From IMG/VR virus record IMGVR_UViG_2643221950_000002, positions 1 through 64,000 of that record: a DNA stretch of 64,000 bases; one strand, written 5' to 3'. The stretch's first letter is position 1; every line of letters begins with the position of its first letter. The translations under genes and the position numbers were made by a program. The stretch comes from a virus (lineage: Duplodnaviria > Caudoviricetes). Below the pieces are notes generated by a model. The model saw nothing but the letters and a program-made list of their open reading frames with translations, was not told where the DNA came from and searched no databases. Below are positions 32,532 to 42,450 of the stretch, piece after piece.

Positions 32532-33449
32532 TTAAAATGGAAGATCGTCGTCTGCAATGGTTACAGGTTTGTTATTTGAAGTTGCTGGCTTTCCTCCGCC
32601 AAATCCACCTTTTTTCTTGTTACTTTTGCTATTTCCATTGTTATTGGCTTCTTGTTTCTTCTGATCTAGTTCGATTTCTCTTTCATTTAGTGCTTTTTCA
32701 ATGATTTCAGGGTTATACGCATCTTTGTTTTCTTCCTCATAAGGGTCTTGACCAGCAGTAACCAAAAACTCTCTTTTCGTTTTTGTTTTCACTTCCACTT
32801 TAGGCTTGCCAAAAGCACTTTCTTTCTCTTTCTCAGTTCTTTCTTTATAATTTACAATTTCTCCATAAACATTTACTGTAGAATTTTTCTCATAGTTGTC
32901 AGCTACAAATTCAGAACCTTCTTCAGTCACAACAAACGAAAAAGGAATAACCTTGCCACCATATAGTGGGATATGTCCATTTAATACTGCTCTACCTGTT
33001 TCTTCACCATTTGCTCTTTCTTGTGCAACATTCTCTACAAACATCTCAACATCAAAAGTAGCTTGTGGTTCAAATTCGTCAATCGACTGTCTTCTAGCAA
33101 AGTTTAAAGATAATTCAGGGTAAGATTTCAATTCATCATTCGCAAAATATTCATTTAAACCAAGTTTGCCTTCTGCTCTAATCTTGTCTGCTTCCTCTCT
33201 AGATGAGTTTGCGATTGATTTGTATTCATCAATCATGGTCTTAAAGGCTTTTGCCTTTTTGCTCTCGTTTCCATCTTTAGTTGTGTATGAAGACATTCCT
33301 TTTAATGTATGTACAGAGAATTCATCTGTCTCAATATCAAGTTCAATATTAATCCCCTTTTTATTACCCCATTCATTTGATCTAACCTCAGCCAATGTTC
33401 CTTCTACTACTACCTTGTTCAATGCTTCTCTTAATTCAGTGTTCGCCAT
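32532..33449 (-). CDS. yorF: single-stranded DNA-binding protein (YorF-like)
   Basis: acidic C-terminal DDDLPF; OB-like VVVEG; synteny. Confidence 0.8.
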   Translation of the reverse strand: MANTELREALNKVVVEGTLAEVRSNEWGNKKGINIELDIETDEFSVHTLKGMSSYTTKDGNESKKAKAFKTMIDEYKSIANSSREEADKIRAEGKLGLNEYFANDELKSYPELSLNFARRQSIDEFEPQATFDVEMFVENVAQERANGEETGRAVLNGHIPLYGGKVIPFSFVVTEEGSEFVADNYEKNSTVNVYGEIVNYKERTEKEKESAFGKPKVEVKTKTKREFLVTAGQDPYEEENKDAYNPEIIEKALNEREIELDQKKQEANNNGNSKSNKKKGGFGGGKPATSNNKPVTIADDDLPF

Positions 33450-33477
33450 ATGTATTATCCATTCTCCTTTATATATG

Positions 33478-33789
33478 TTATTTATTATTTAATTGCTTTT
33501 CAATTGCTTGGAATACGCTATCTTCTAAACGTTTTTCAATTCTTAGTTTGTGAGGTAGATTAATAACATCTACAATCTTTCCCCATCTCACTTTAATCAT
33601 TAAATTACCGTAAAGGTAAACCTTACCCAGTAAACCTTGTTTGATAACTCTATCAGGTTCTCTTTCTTGCAAGCAAATAATGTGTCGGTTGAGTTTTTGT
33701 TGAATTTTCTTATCTGTTAATTTGTAATTACCTTTTACAGTATGCCTATAGGTATCAGCAGCTGTTTTACTCACTTTCAATAGCTTCAT
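33478..33789 (-). CDS. hypothetical protein, first gene of replication operon
   Basis: GGAGGTG RBS. Confidence 0.65.
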   Translation of the reverse strand: MKLLKVSKTAADTYRHTVKGNYKLTDKKIQQKLNRHIICLQEREPDRVIKQGLLGKVYLYGNLMIKVRWGKIVDVINLPHKLRIEKRLEDSVFQAIEKQLNNK

Positions 33790-33818
33790 ATGTTCACCTC
33801 CTCTTTAACTGTAATTCT

Positions 33819-33847
33819 ATAATATATGTTATTTGTATTTTAGTCAA
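33819..33847 (-). promoter_or_regulatory. sigmaA promoter of replication operon with SPBRE-like element
   Basis: TTGACT-17-TATTAT, spacer AAAATACAAATAACATA. Confidence 0.8.
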
Positions 33848-33926
33848 CACATTTTGTATGTTATTTTTAATTTAAAATGACAGTTTTATCTGAAACAAAA
33901 AAAGAACGGCTTTAAGCCGCTCTCCG

Positions 33927-34166
33927 CTAATTTTGTTTAGACGTTTTTGAAATGAGATAATTAATCAATGTTATTACCAAGTAGAACAATGTTCCATAAA
34001 ATACACCATTAAACAAGCTCACACCAATAAATTTGCTTATTAGCACCACATAATATGATGCTGGTGTTCCAGGGAACACGGCCATGTTAAAAAGACAAAT
34101 CATGAGTGTTAATAAAAAGCATATTGAAAACACAACACGAAACAATTTTGATTTTAACATTGTCAT
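33927..34166 (-). CDS. small 2-TM membrane protein (possible immunity protein)
   Basis: two hydrophobic segments; follows a secreted-protein gene; terminator at about 33900-33925. Confidence 0.7.
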   Translation of the reverse strand: MTMLKSKLFRVVFSICFLLTLMICLFNMAVFPGTPASYYVVLISKFIGVSLFNGVFYGTLFYLVITLINYLISKTSKQN

Positions 34167-34177
34167 TTTATCTTCTC

Positions 34178-34981
34178 CTATAGTCTATTTCCGTAGAATG
34201 AAACTTTCCCTTTATTATTACAATGGATTTCATTACTAATATGCCATTCTTCCATTATAAGGTCAAATCCTCCAAATGAAAAGCCTGTTGTAAAGTTCCC
34301 TTGAGCGTAGGCTACAGCTTTACCACTAACTTTCTTTGTTCCTTTTTTCCAGTTTTCAGCTTTCCATGTAGCTGTTTGACCTCTTTTATAATATGCATCT
34401 GTTTGGGTTGCTCTCGGTTCTTTGCCCCCATAGACAAAATATGCAGAGTTATAAACCCTAAACAACTGCAGTCCGAACATATTTTTAGCTCTGTAAATAA
34501 ACTCATATTCTTTTGAAGTTGCACTTGTTGAAATTTCTCCACTCTCTGCTTTCTTCTCACCAGCATAAGTAATGAAGTATGTTGGAGAATCAGTAAAAAC
34601 AACTTTGATTCCGTTGCCAATTTCGTGTGCTTCAAATTCATCTGAAGTCACATTCTTTTCTATGTACTTGCCAATATCAAAACTGTCTCCAGATTCAATC
34701 CCTGGCAACAAGTTTCTTTTCTTCTCATAATAGCTGCCTAAAAGTTCATCATTCAATTTATTATCTGAATAATACTCTTCAGCAATGTCACTTGCTTCCT
34801 CTTCATTCTTCGGTGCAGCGTCTTTTAAATACTTCAAAAAGCTTTCTTGGGACTTTTTGATCTCTTTAATAGCATTTTCATATTTACTTTCGTCTGAAAC
34901 TGCTGCTGATACTTTCCCCGTTATCATGATTGAAATCACCATAACTAAACTTACGAATGTGAAAATTGATTTTTTTAACAA
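34178..34981 (-). CDS. secreted protein
   Basis: Sec signal peptide ending VSA-A; own promoter TTGATT-16-TATCAT (35012-35039). Confidence 0.8.
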   Translation of the reverse strand: MLKKSIFTFVSLVMVISIMITGKVSAAVSDESKYENAIKEIKKSQESFLKYLKDAAPKNEEEASDIAEEYYSDNKLNDELLGSYYEKKRNLLPGIESGDSFDIGKYIEKNVTSDEFEAHEIGNGIKVVFTDSPTYFITYAGEKKAESGEISTSATSKEYEFIYRAKNMFGLQLFRVYNSAYFVYGGKEPRATQTDAYYKRGQTATWKAENWKKGTKKVSGKAVAYAQGNFTTGFSFGGFDLIMEEWHISNEIHCNNKGKVSFYGNRL

Positions 34982-35091
34982 GTAATCACTCCCTTTTTTA
35001 ACTCAACTGCAATGATAGCACTTACATTTGTTAAATCAAGGGTAAAATGGAAAAATCACAAAATCTGAGACCTTGTGACTAAACTTTCCCT

Positions 35092-35652
35092 TTATGTAGT
35101 TCTTATGCTATGTAATTCCGATACCTCAGATTCAATAATACTTGTTAGAACTTTTATAGAATCATTAAACTTTCCTGAATTATTCCTTACTACATAGTCG
35201 TAGTGCTCTTTATTTTTCATCTCATGATGGTATGTACTCAATCTTTGTTCAACTTTATCTAATGTATCTCCCCTTTGAATCATTTGATTATATGCCTGGT
35301 CGTAAGGAGTGTACAAAAACAACGTGACACAATTAGAATAGACCTTTTTGATCTGCTGCATTCCATGGTAGTCAACAATAACAAAAGCACTCCCAATACC
35401 CAGTTTATTTTCAAATTCTTCTTGATCAATTCCATAATAATGTCCACTGTATTCAACTTGTTCGATTAGCTTGCCCTGTTCCTTTAACTCCTTGAATTTC
35501 TCAAAGCTAATAAATTTATAGTCCACACCATCAATTTCACCTTGTCTCGGTTTCCTGGTGGTAAATGATACGACCTCATTCTTCATGACTTGACGCATTA
35601 AACTGGTTTTACCACTGCCGCTATGACCTGATAACACAATGAGTTTATTCAT
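35092..35652 (-). CDS. gmk: guanylate kinase-like protein
   Basis: GHSGSGKT, SFTTRKPRQGEIDGVDY.F, YSGHYYG. Confidence 0.9.
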   Translation of the reverse strand: MNKLIVLSGHSGSGKTSLMRQVMKNEVVSFTTRKPRQGEIDGVDYKFISFEKFKELKEQGKLIEQVEYSGHYYGIDQEEFENKLGIGSAFVIVDYHGMQQIKKVYSNCVTLFLYTPYDQAYNQMIQRGDTLDKVEQRLSTYHHEMKNKEHYDYVVRNNSGKFNDSIKVLTSIIESEVSELHSIRTT

Positions 35653-36037
35653 TACTTGCTGTAACCTCACTCCAATACCACATGCCCAACGTTCTCAGTT
35701 CAAAGTCTGCAGGATATTTCTTCATCTCCAGATGAACTTTATAACGCTTTCCTGAATTTTTATGTTTGACGCTTAATTCTTCCTTATTGAAGAATCTAAC
35801 AATGGCCTGGTTGAATTCAATTGGCCGCTCAACCACATACCCATGCTTAAAAGCAGCAATAAAACTTTCAGGTTTTTCTTTATAGAAATTGTAAATCACT
35901 TCTGCAAACTCAGGGTTCTTATCTTTCATTACATCAAATTGAACTAATCCCAAATAAAGATGTTTATCTGAATAGCCAAGATTTTTCTTGAAGTATTCAA
36001 CTGCCTCGTGAATCTCTGGACTTAAAACAACTGTCAT
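35645..36037 (-). CDS. hypothetical protein
   Basis: 130-aa ORF in operon. Confidence 0.6.
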   Translation of the reverse strand: MTVVLSPEIHEAVEYFKKNLGYSDKHLYLGLVQFDVMKDKNPEFAEVIYNFYKEKPESFIAAFKHGYVVERPIEFNQAIVRFFNKEELSVKHKNSGKRYKVHLEMKKYPADFELRTLGMWYWSEVTASNE

Positions 36038-36047
36038 TTTTCCACCC

Positions 36048-36761
36048 CTATACTTTATATTTTTCTAAAATTTGACCTTTTTTATCGATCACAATACCAT
36101 TTAACTGCCCGTTAAAAACGGCTCCACCATCAATGCCTATGTAAGACTTGCATATACTTACCCAGACTTCATCACTATCATGAATATGTCTAACTGGGGT
36201 ATGGCCAAAAATGATTGTCTTTCCTGTTTCATTTGGATGGTTCCAATGACCTCTAGTCCACAGGAAATCTTTCTCAACTGATTTTCTCCAATCGTTTAAA
36301 TGAGGATTAATCCCTGCATGTACAAAAAGCGTATCTCCAAATTCATAAAATAGAGGCAACTGTTTAAGGAATTGAATTTCCTTGTTAGACACTTGCAGCA
36401 TATTATTAGCTCTCTCTTCATAACTGTGAAAATACAATGGAAAACTATACTGTGTGAAGCTTTCGCATGTTCTATTCCCACCATTATTAAAATACCAATC
36501 TCCTGTTTCATAATCCTTTTCAGATAAGAAAATCGAAAGCATGTCTTCGTGATTTCCTTTTAACACAACAACCTGCTCATTGTATGTGTTCTTTAAATCC
36601 ATAGCCAGTTGGACGACCTCTAGAGAGTGTTCACCTCTATCAATTAGGTCACCAAGGATAACCAAGTTTTCTTCATTCGGTTTCCAATACTGGAGCAGCT
36701 CCTTAAACTTTGCCAATTCACCGTGTATATCGCTTAAAACGAATGTTTTATAGTATTTCAA
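36048..36761 (-). CDS. PPP-family metallophosphoesterase
   Basis: SDIHG, GDLIDRG, GNHE, HAG, FGHTP, IDGG. Confidence 0.92.
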   Translation of the reverse strand: MKYYKTFVLSDIHGELAKFKELLQYWKPNEENLVILGDLIDRGEHSLEVVQLAMDLKNTYNEQVVVLKGNHEDMLSIFLSEKDYETGDWYFNNGGNRTCESFTQYSFPLYFHSYEERANNMLQVSNKEIQFLKQLPLFYEFGDTLFVHAGINPHLNDWRKSVEKDFLWTRGHWNHPNETGKTIIFGHTPVRHIHDSDEVWVSICKSYIGIDGGAVFNGQLNGIVIDKKGQILEKYKV

Positions 36762-36881
36762 TGATCATCATTTCCTTTTAATTTTAGTCGCTTCACAAAA
36801 GACTTGTATGGATAAAAATGAAAGTTATATAGATTTATAAACCCATAACATGCTATACTTTTGACTTCTAGGAGGGATTTT

Positions 36882-37472
36882 ATGAAAAAGAAGTCATTAA
36901 TGATATTTATTACCTTGTTATTTTCTCTTGTTGCGTGCTCATCTGAAGGTGTTGAAAGTGACTCTCCAGATTATATTAAAGAATCATTTGATTACTTTAA
37001 ATCAATCAAATCTGTGCTTGAATCAATAAATGACGGTGAAGAGGTTGACAAAGCAATTAAATCAAATTTTGAAAGCCAGTCAGAATTTAATGACTGGATC
37101 GATGCTAATTATGACCCTGAAGATGAATCGAGTGAAGAAGCACTACTTATTAGCCACTATCAATTAATTAAGCAACTACTAGGAAACCTATCAATTTTTA
37201 ATGCTGCTGAGTCAATGGGCGTTGAGGATGTAAATACTTCATCTACAATTAACTCTATCGAGGCCTCTCTTTCTAATCTAGAATCAATTTATGAAAACTA
37301 TGGATATGAACCTTTAAGAGTAGCTAAACGCTATTCTTTTTTTGAGCGCCCCTTTCCTATTTCCAACCTAGTTCAGTTGCTCCGTCATCGTAAAATCTCG
37401 AAGAATTTCTTCGAATCATCTCCAAAAACTCCTCTAATTCTTCCGTTGTACGTTCCTTTTTGCTACTTTTAA
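36882..37472 (+). CDS. acidic lipoprotein (C-terminus possibly extended by an indel)
   Basis: LVAC lipobox; TGCTATACT extended -10; AGGAGG RBS. Confidence 0.75.
   Translation: MKKKSLMIFITLLFSLVACSSEGVESDSPDYIKESFDYFKSIKSVLESINDGEEVDKAIKSNFESQSEFNDWIDANYDPEDESSEEALLISHYQLIKQLLGNLSIFNAAESMGVEDVNTSSTINSIEASLSNLESIYENYGYEPLRVAKRYSFFERPFPISNLVQLLRHRKISKNFFESSPKTPLILPLYVPFCYF
37316..37343 (+). terminator. intrinsic terminator inside the lipoprotein ORF
   Basis: AAGAGTAGC-TAAAC-GCTATTCTT followed by T-run. Confidence 0.6.
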
Positions 37473-37777
37473 ACGGCTTCCCTTCCCACATAAACGACTG
37501 AATTGCTTTGGACGTTTCTTTATGACCTTCAATTGTATCTCTAAGAACACTACTCATTCGCATTCACCACCCTTACGTTTCTCAGTCTTAAACTTAATTT
37601 TAGTCAATACAATTCCTCCTCAATATATTTGCTTTCTTTTTAGTTTGATATCTTTTTCCATTCCACGATGTTCAATATTGCTTAGAAGTTGTTTCAATTT
37701 CTCATTTTCGATTCTCAACATTCTGTTATCTACTTGTAATTTGTTAATCAATGCTTCAGCGTTCAACACGTTTCCTC

Positions 37778-38569
37778 CTAATAAAGCTCAGGTGAGTTAG
37801 ACTTTACCTTTTTATAGCCGAGCCCTTTTAAATGTTCTTCCCAAACTTTAAATATCTTGTCTATTTCAGGCTTTAACTCTCTCTGTTTTTCCCATGTCTC
37901 ATGATTCCTTTTGATTTCTTTGTGATAAGATTTAATTCCATCTTCATGGTTTTTAATTAATTTTTGTAGCATGCCTATGTATTCATTCTTTTTAAATGGA
38001 TGAACCAGTAACGTGGAACATTGAATTGCTATGTACTTAAAGGGGTTCTTAATGAATCGGTTGTTATCTTTTAAAAGTCCAATTAAGGGACTTTTTAAAA
38101 CTTCTGTGTATCGTTTAATATCAACTTCAAACTCTCGAATTCTATTTTCAAGGTCTTGTTCCATTCTCTTGTAGTGCTTTTCTGAAGACCAGTCAACAGT
38201 TCGTCCGTATATTTTTGATTCCCAATTTACTCTAAGAACACTGCCTTTATCACTGATAATTGCAAAGGGGTTTAAATTTGCAGTAGATATTTTGACACTG
38301 CATCCATCGTATATGTTTCCCACATACTCATTAAGAAGCTGCAAAACTCGCTGTCTAATATCTATTGAAAACTTACTCTTTGCTTCCTTGTCTAAAGCAT
38401 TAAATAAATTCTTTTGGACAATGGTTAGACTTGCTAAGTATGTATTTAGGTTGCTTAAAACATTGTCTTTTTCCTTGAGAATGGTTGAATATGCATTACA
38501 CAAGTAATCTAAATCAGCTTGTTTATTTAATGTGGCCTGCTTTAATTCGCTTAACATTAGATTCCTCAC
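37778..38569 (-). CDS. hypothetical protein
   Basis: 263-aa ORF directly after a junction motif. Confidence 0.65.
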   Translation of the reverse strand: MRNLMLSELKQATLNKQADLDYLCNAYSTILKEKDNVLSNLNTYLASLTIVQKNLFNALDKEAKSKFSIDIRQRVLQLLNEYVGNIYDGCSVKISTANLNPFAIISDKGSVLRVNWESKIYGRTVDWSSEKHYKRMEQDLENRIREFEVDIKRYTEVLKSPLIGLLKDNNRFIKNPFKYIAIQCSTLLVHPFKKNEYIGMLQKLIKNHEDGIKSYHKEIKRNHETWEKQRELKPEIDKIFKVWEEHLKGLGYKKVKSNSPELY

Positions 38570-38614
38570 TTTCGTTAAAAGGTTGTTTTTATCTGAATCT
38601 ATGTATTGTATTTG

Positions 38615-39010
38615 TCATTTACTCGTCTGTAGCTCAATATCTGGAATAATGTTTTCTGGCCTGAACAGAATTTTGTAATGAAAGGGGTCTTCTTTGTTAG
38701 CCTCAAGTTGTTCTGCAAAGAAACTAACGTTGTCACTTAAACCAAGATAATGCTTTTTGTATTCATCCTTACCAATCTTGCATGTTACTGTCATTCTTAG
38801 ATCACTGTCATCGTTTCCAAGAGCACAAAGCCCTTCTACAGTGAGTAAGTATTTGTCTGTGATCCCATTAAAGAAAACGATCCTTCTCTGTACCTCAAAT
38901 GAGTCAGACGATTTAGAAATATTTTGTGATACTGTATCAGCCTCACTACATCCAGCCATAATCACAATAATCCCAACAAATAATGCTAACAATTTCTTTT
39001 TCATCTTCAT
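38615..39010 (-). CDS. conserved phage lipoprotein
   Basis: MAGC lipobox; RRIVFFNGITDKYL, YKKHYLGLSDNV. Confidence 0.8.
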   Translation of the reverse strand: MKMKKKLLALFVGIIVIMAGCSEADTVSQNISKSSDSFEVQRRIVFFNGITDKYLLTVEGLCALGNDDSDLRMTVTCKIGKDEYKKHYLGLSDNVSFFAEQLEANKEDPFHYKILFRPENIIPDIELQTSK

Positions 39011-39308
39011 TCCCCTTCCACTTTCAATCTAATCCCTGCCGTTAATGCATCCTGGTAAACAAGGCTTGCACATAATGCATGATGTTTTACAGCATCTGCA
39101 CTGCTACTCCATCCATCATAATTCCCTGCCATTGCTTCATATTTTTGTGAGATATGATAGTCATATCGTTTTTGAAAAGTATGCATTTTATCTTCAGAAT
39201 CATGAAAGGCTTTTACCATCTCTTTTACAGAATCCTTTATGGATTTTGGAACATCCCATTTCCTTTTACTCAATTCATCGAGACATTTTCGCTGTTTATC
39301 ACTGAGAC

Positions 39309-39841
39309 TCACTGCGCTTCCTCCTTTTTAATCTCCACACTCTCCCAATCAAATTCTTGTAGTATCTTCCACAATTTAGCGACTTTCGTAGCTCTCCATG
39401 CTGTCATTGCGTAAGTGTGCGCTTCACTAGTGTAATGATGACTGTTCGCCTTAATATGTTTTTTGGCTTCTTCTTTTGTGATAAAGAATGTGCTGTCTTT
39501 TTTTATGTGCATTTTTTCTCTGGAAAGAGTTCTGCTCCTTCATCCTCATATTTTTGTATCCATTCTAAAATTTCATCGTAGTCATTATTGCATTCATCCA
39601 GTTCCTTTAATTGTTCAGAACTGAATTCACCGTCCTCTTTTGCACTTTCGATGTAATCTTCAACAGGATAAGATTCTGCTGCATTAGGTAAGTAAACAGA
39701 ATATCGCTCAGCGTTTCCTTCATTTGCTTCAACCCACTCATAGTCACCTACAACCCAAAAACGTGGTGCAGCCTGACAATCAACATCCTGTGTGTTCAAT
39801 TCTTGCTGAAGTTCTTTTAAAAATTGAATAGCTTCTTTCAT
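39309..39841 (-). pseudogene. phage gene split by a frameshift at an A-run
   Basis: ORFs 39503..39841 and 39309..39512 join if one A is added in GAGAAAAAATGCAC. Confidence 0.6.
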
Positions 39842-39954
39842 TCCATTCCTCCTAAGCCACTTGTCTTCTATTTATTTGTAACCATTCCGTAATTTTCTTT
39901 TAATAAAATAACCTAACATAATCTGATAAAATTACTAAGGATGGTGGTGATGTT

Positions 39955-40077
39955 TTGAAATATTATATTGAGGATCTCATAGATTCTATTGCAGGCTACT
40001 CTAAAACTCTGCTTATCAAGATTTTCTTTTATATTGGACTTCCTATGGCATTAATTTATTCTATTTTCTTCAGATGA
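39955..40077 (+). CDS. 40-aa single-TM microprotein
   Basis: MKYYIEDLIDSIAGYSKTLLIKIFFYIGLPMALIYSIFFR; GGTGGTGA RBS; hairpin GAGCAGG..CCTGCTC. Confidence 0.6.
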   Translation: MKYYIEDLIDSIAGYSKTLLIKIFFYIGLPMALIYSIFFR

Positions 40078-40125
40078 GCAGGGTCATTTAATCCTGCTCT
40101 ATTAAATTTGTTTAAAAAATTACTT

Positions 40126-40797
40126 TTATTGAGTTTTATTTAAAAAATCACAATAGCTTTGACACTCATCAACAGTTTTGAAAAACGTATTATAACTATT
40201 CAATTGATCAAACTTCATCTCTAAGCTATAAATATTTTCAGCTCGAATGTTATCGTCATAAGAGAAATACTCATCATGATCACTCCTGTTCTTTCTGTAA
40301 AAGGCATTTACATATCGATGGCCACCTGAGTTCACAAGTGAAAAAGAATAGCGTATGTATTCTTCTGGGATATAAACTCTTTTTTTAATAGAACAAGAGC
40401 AATTTTCAAATGCTTTATTGCCAAGAGGCGTAATATATTCTATCTGCCTATTTTCATTACACTGAGAACACTTATCTTGCGCTACTCCTGACGGGTGAGC
40501 TTTGTACATAATAACTTCAGAACCATTCATTAGTTCTGAGAGTCTTTTGTTTTTCAACTCCATTTCCATGTTGTGGCGTTCCCTGTCTAACCTTCTTGAT
40601 TTTTCTTTATATTCTTTTTCAATAGTATCTAAATTCTCTCTTACTACTTGGAGTTCTTTGTTTTCCTTTTTCAGTTGCTCCATTTCACTCAAATATTCTT
40701 GTTTTACTGATTTCAATAAACTTTCCTTAAATTCATTGATTTGTTTTTCAAACTCATTTGGCTCATTATAAAATTCTTCCTCATAAAAATAGTCCAT
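40126..40797 (-). CDS. coiled-coil and Cys-containing phage protein
   Basis: GAGGAGG RBS; bounded exactly by two junction motifs. Confidence 0.75.
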   Translation of the reverse strand: MDYFYEEEFYNEPNEFEKQINEFKESLLKSVKQEYLSEMEQLKKENKELQVVRENLDTIEKEYKEKSRRLDRERHNMEMELKNKRLSELMNGSEVIMYKAHPSGVAQDKCSQCNENRQIEYITPLGNKAFENCSCSIKKRVYIPEEYIRYSFSLVNSGGHRYVNAFYRKNRSDHDEYFSYDDNIRAENIYSLEMKFDQLNSYNTFFKTVDECQSYCDFLNKTQ

Positions 40798-41201
40798 TTC
40801 AATCCTCCTCGATTTATATGAAATCTCTGTTTTACTCTAATTGATATATGTTATTTTTTAATTAATCCACCATGATCTTCTTTGATATGTACCATCCACT
40901 GTTCGTATAGCTCATCGTACCAGGCGTTGCTAACCGCAGTATAAACACCGATACCTTCTTCATGCAGCATTTTAAAGATTTGCCCACTCTTCAAATTTTC
41001 AAATGACTGTTTAATCCACGTTCCCTCAACATACACATGCACCTGTTCAGTTCCGACTACAGACATTGCATCACTTCCTTTTTAATTTTTCGTATTATTC
41101 ACAATCGCTAATGCACATACAAATCCCAGTAAGTACCACTGCCCTTTCGCTTTATATAACTCCTTCTCTTAGTTAATATGATATATGTAGGAGGTGATAT
41201 T

Positions 41202-42014
41202 TTGTTCGTATCGCCAATGTTATTGCATTCGATCAAAGAACCATTCAATGATGATAGTTATATTACAGAGCTTAAATTTGATGGAATAAGACTCATTCTT
41301 TCTAAATTTAATGATCAGATAAAGCTATTCACCCGACATAACAACGAAGTAACAAGCAAATTCCCAGAGCTCTTGGATTTAGATATCCCAAATGGTACAG
41401 TTCTCGATGGTGAAGTTATTGTTGCTGCTCGAGATGGCGCTGCTGATTTTGAGGCTATGATGGAACGCTTTATGTCCAAAAAATCAGATCATAGTATTGT
41501 TTACTGTGTCTTTGATGTTATTTTTAAAGATGGCGATTCTATAGCAGCTAAACCGCTCAGTGAGCGTAAGAACCTTCTGTATTCACTTAATCTGATTCAC
41601 CCAAACGTTTATGTAATCGAAGGCATTAAAGGTAATGCATCCGAATGTTTTAATCTGACTAAAGAAAAGAACTTAGAGGGAATTGTACTCAAAAGAGCTG
41701 ACTCTCCTTATGAAATAAATAAACGGTCTCGTAATTGGCTTAAAGTCATTAATTATGAATACACTGAAGTTCTCATTACGGGCTATACAAAAGAAGATAT
41801 GAAATTTCTTCTTTCCTATCCAGATGGATCATCAGCTGGATTTATGGAATTCATGCCACGTGAAGAACGAAGTAAATTCCACTCTATGAAACAAGTAAAG
41901 TCCGAATCTGACGAATATGTAATTATTGATCCTATTTCATGTAAGGTAAAGCACAAATTTAAAACCAAGAACGGAAAGCTCCGTATACCATCCTTCGAAT
42001 CATGGGGAGTTTAA
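41202..42014 (+). CDS. ligB: ATP-dependent DNA ligase (SPbeta LigB-like)
   Basis: ELKFDGIR, LDGEV, FDVI, EGIVLK, WLKV. Confidence 0.93.
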   Translation: MFVSPMLLHSIKEPFNDDSYITELKFDGIRLILSKFNDQIKLFTRHNNEVTSKFPELLDLDIPNGTVLDGEVIVAARDGAADFEAMMERFMSKKSDHSIVYCVFDVIFKDGDSIAAKPLSERKNLLYSLNLIHPNVYVIEGIKGNASECFNLTKEKNLEGIVLKRADSPYEINKRSRNWLKVINYEYTEVLITGYTKEDMKFLLSYPDGSSAGFMEFMPREERSKFHSMKQVKSESDEYVIIDPISCKVKHKFKTKNGKLRIPSFESWGV

Positions 42015-42048
42015 TCTCTCCGTTACATAACTCCTTAAAAACTATCTT

Positions 42049-42450
42049 TTATTTGAAATATTGCACAACTCCATCACCCTCAAAATTAAATGGCTCTGGC
42101 GGCGGAGTTGATCCTAATAAGGCATATGATTTTTGTCGCATTTGTTTAAATGCTATTGATAAATTTTTCGATTTCATTAATTTTTCAAGTAACTGTTCCC
42201 CTATTTGCTCTAATATTTTCATAGACTCATTTTTAGTCATGCCCATTTTAGGTATCGGTAAGTCCATAACTAATGCTCCTGTTGTTACCTCTGAAACCTT
42301 CAAGGTATCATCTATTGGTGTCACACAAAAACTATATCCTCCGACCATCACTTCGTGACCAACTGCTTGTTTCCAATGATTTTTGAAATTTAAGCTGAAA
42401 CGCTTCAAATTAGCATCAACTATAATTTTTTCACATTCCAATCTTCTCAT
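42049..42450 (-). CDS. hypothetical protein
   Basis: AAGGAGG RBS; stop in junction motif. Confidence 0.65.
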   Translation of the reverse strand: MRRLECEKIIVDANLKRFSLNFKNHWKQAVGHEVMVGGYSFCVTPIDDTLKVSEVTTGALVMDLPIPKMGMTKNESMKILEQIGEQLLEKLMKSKNLSIAFKQMRQKSYALLGSTPPPEPFNFEGDGVVQYFK

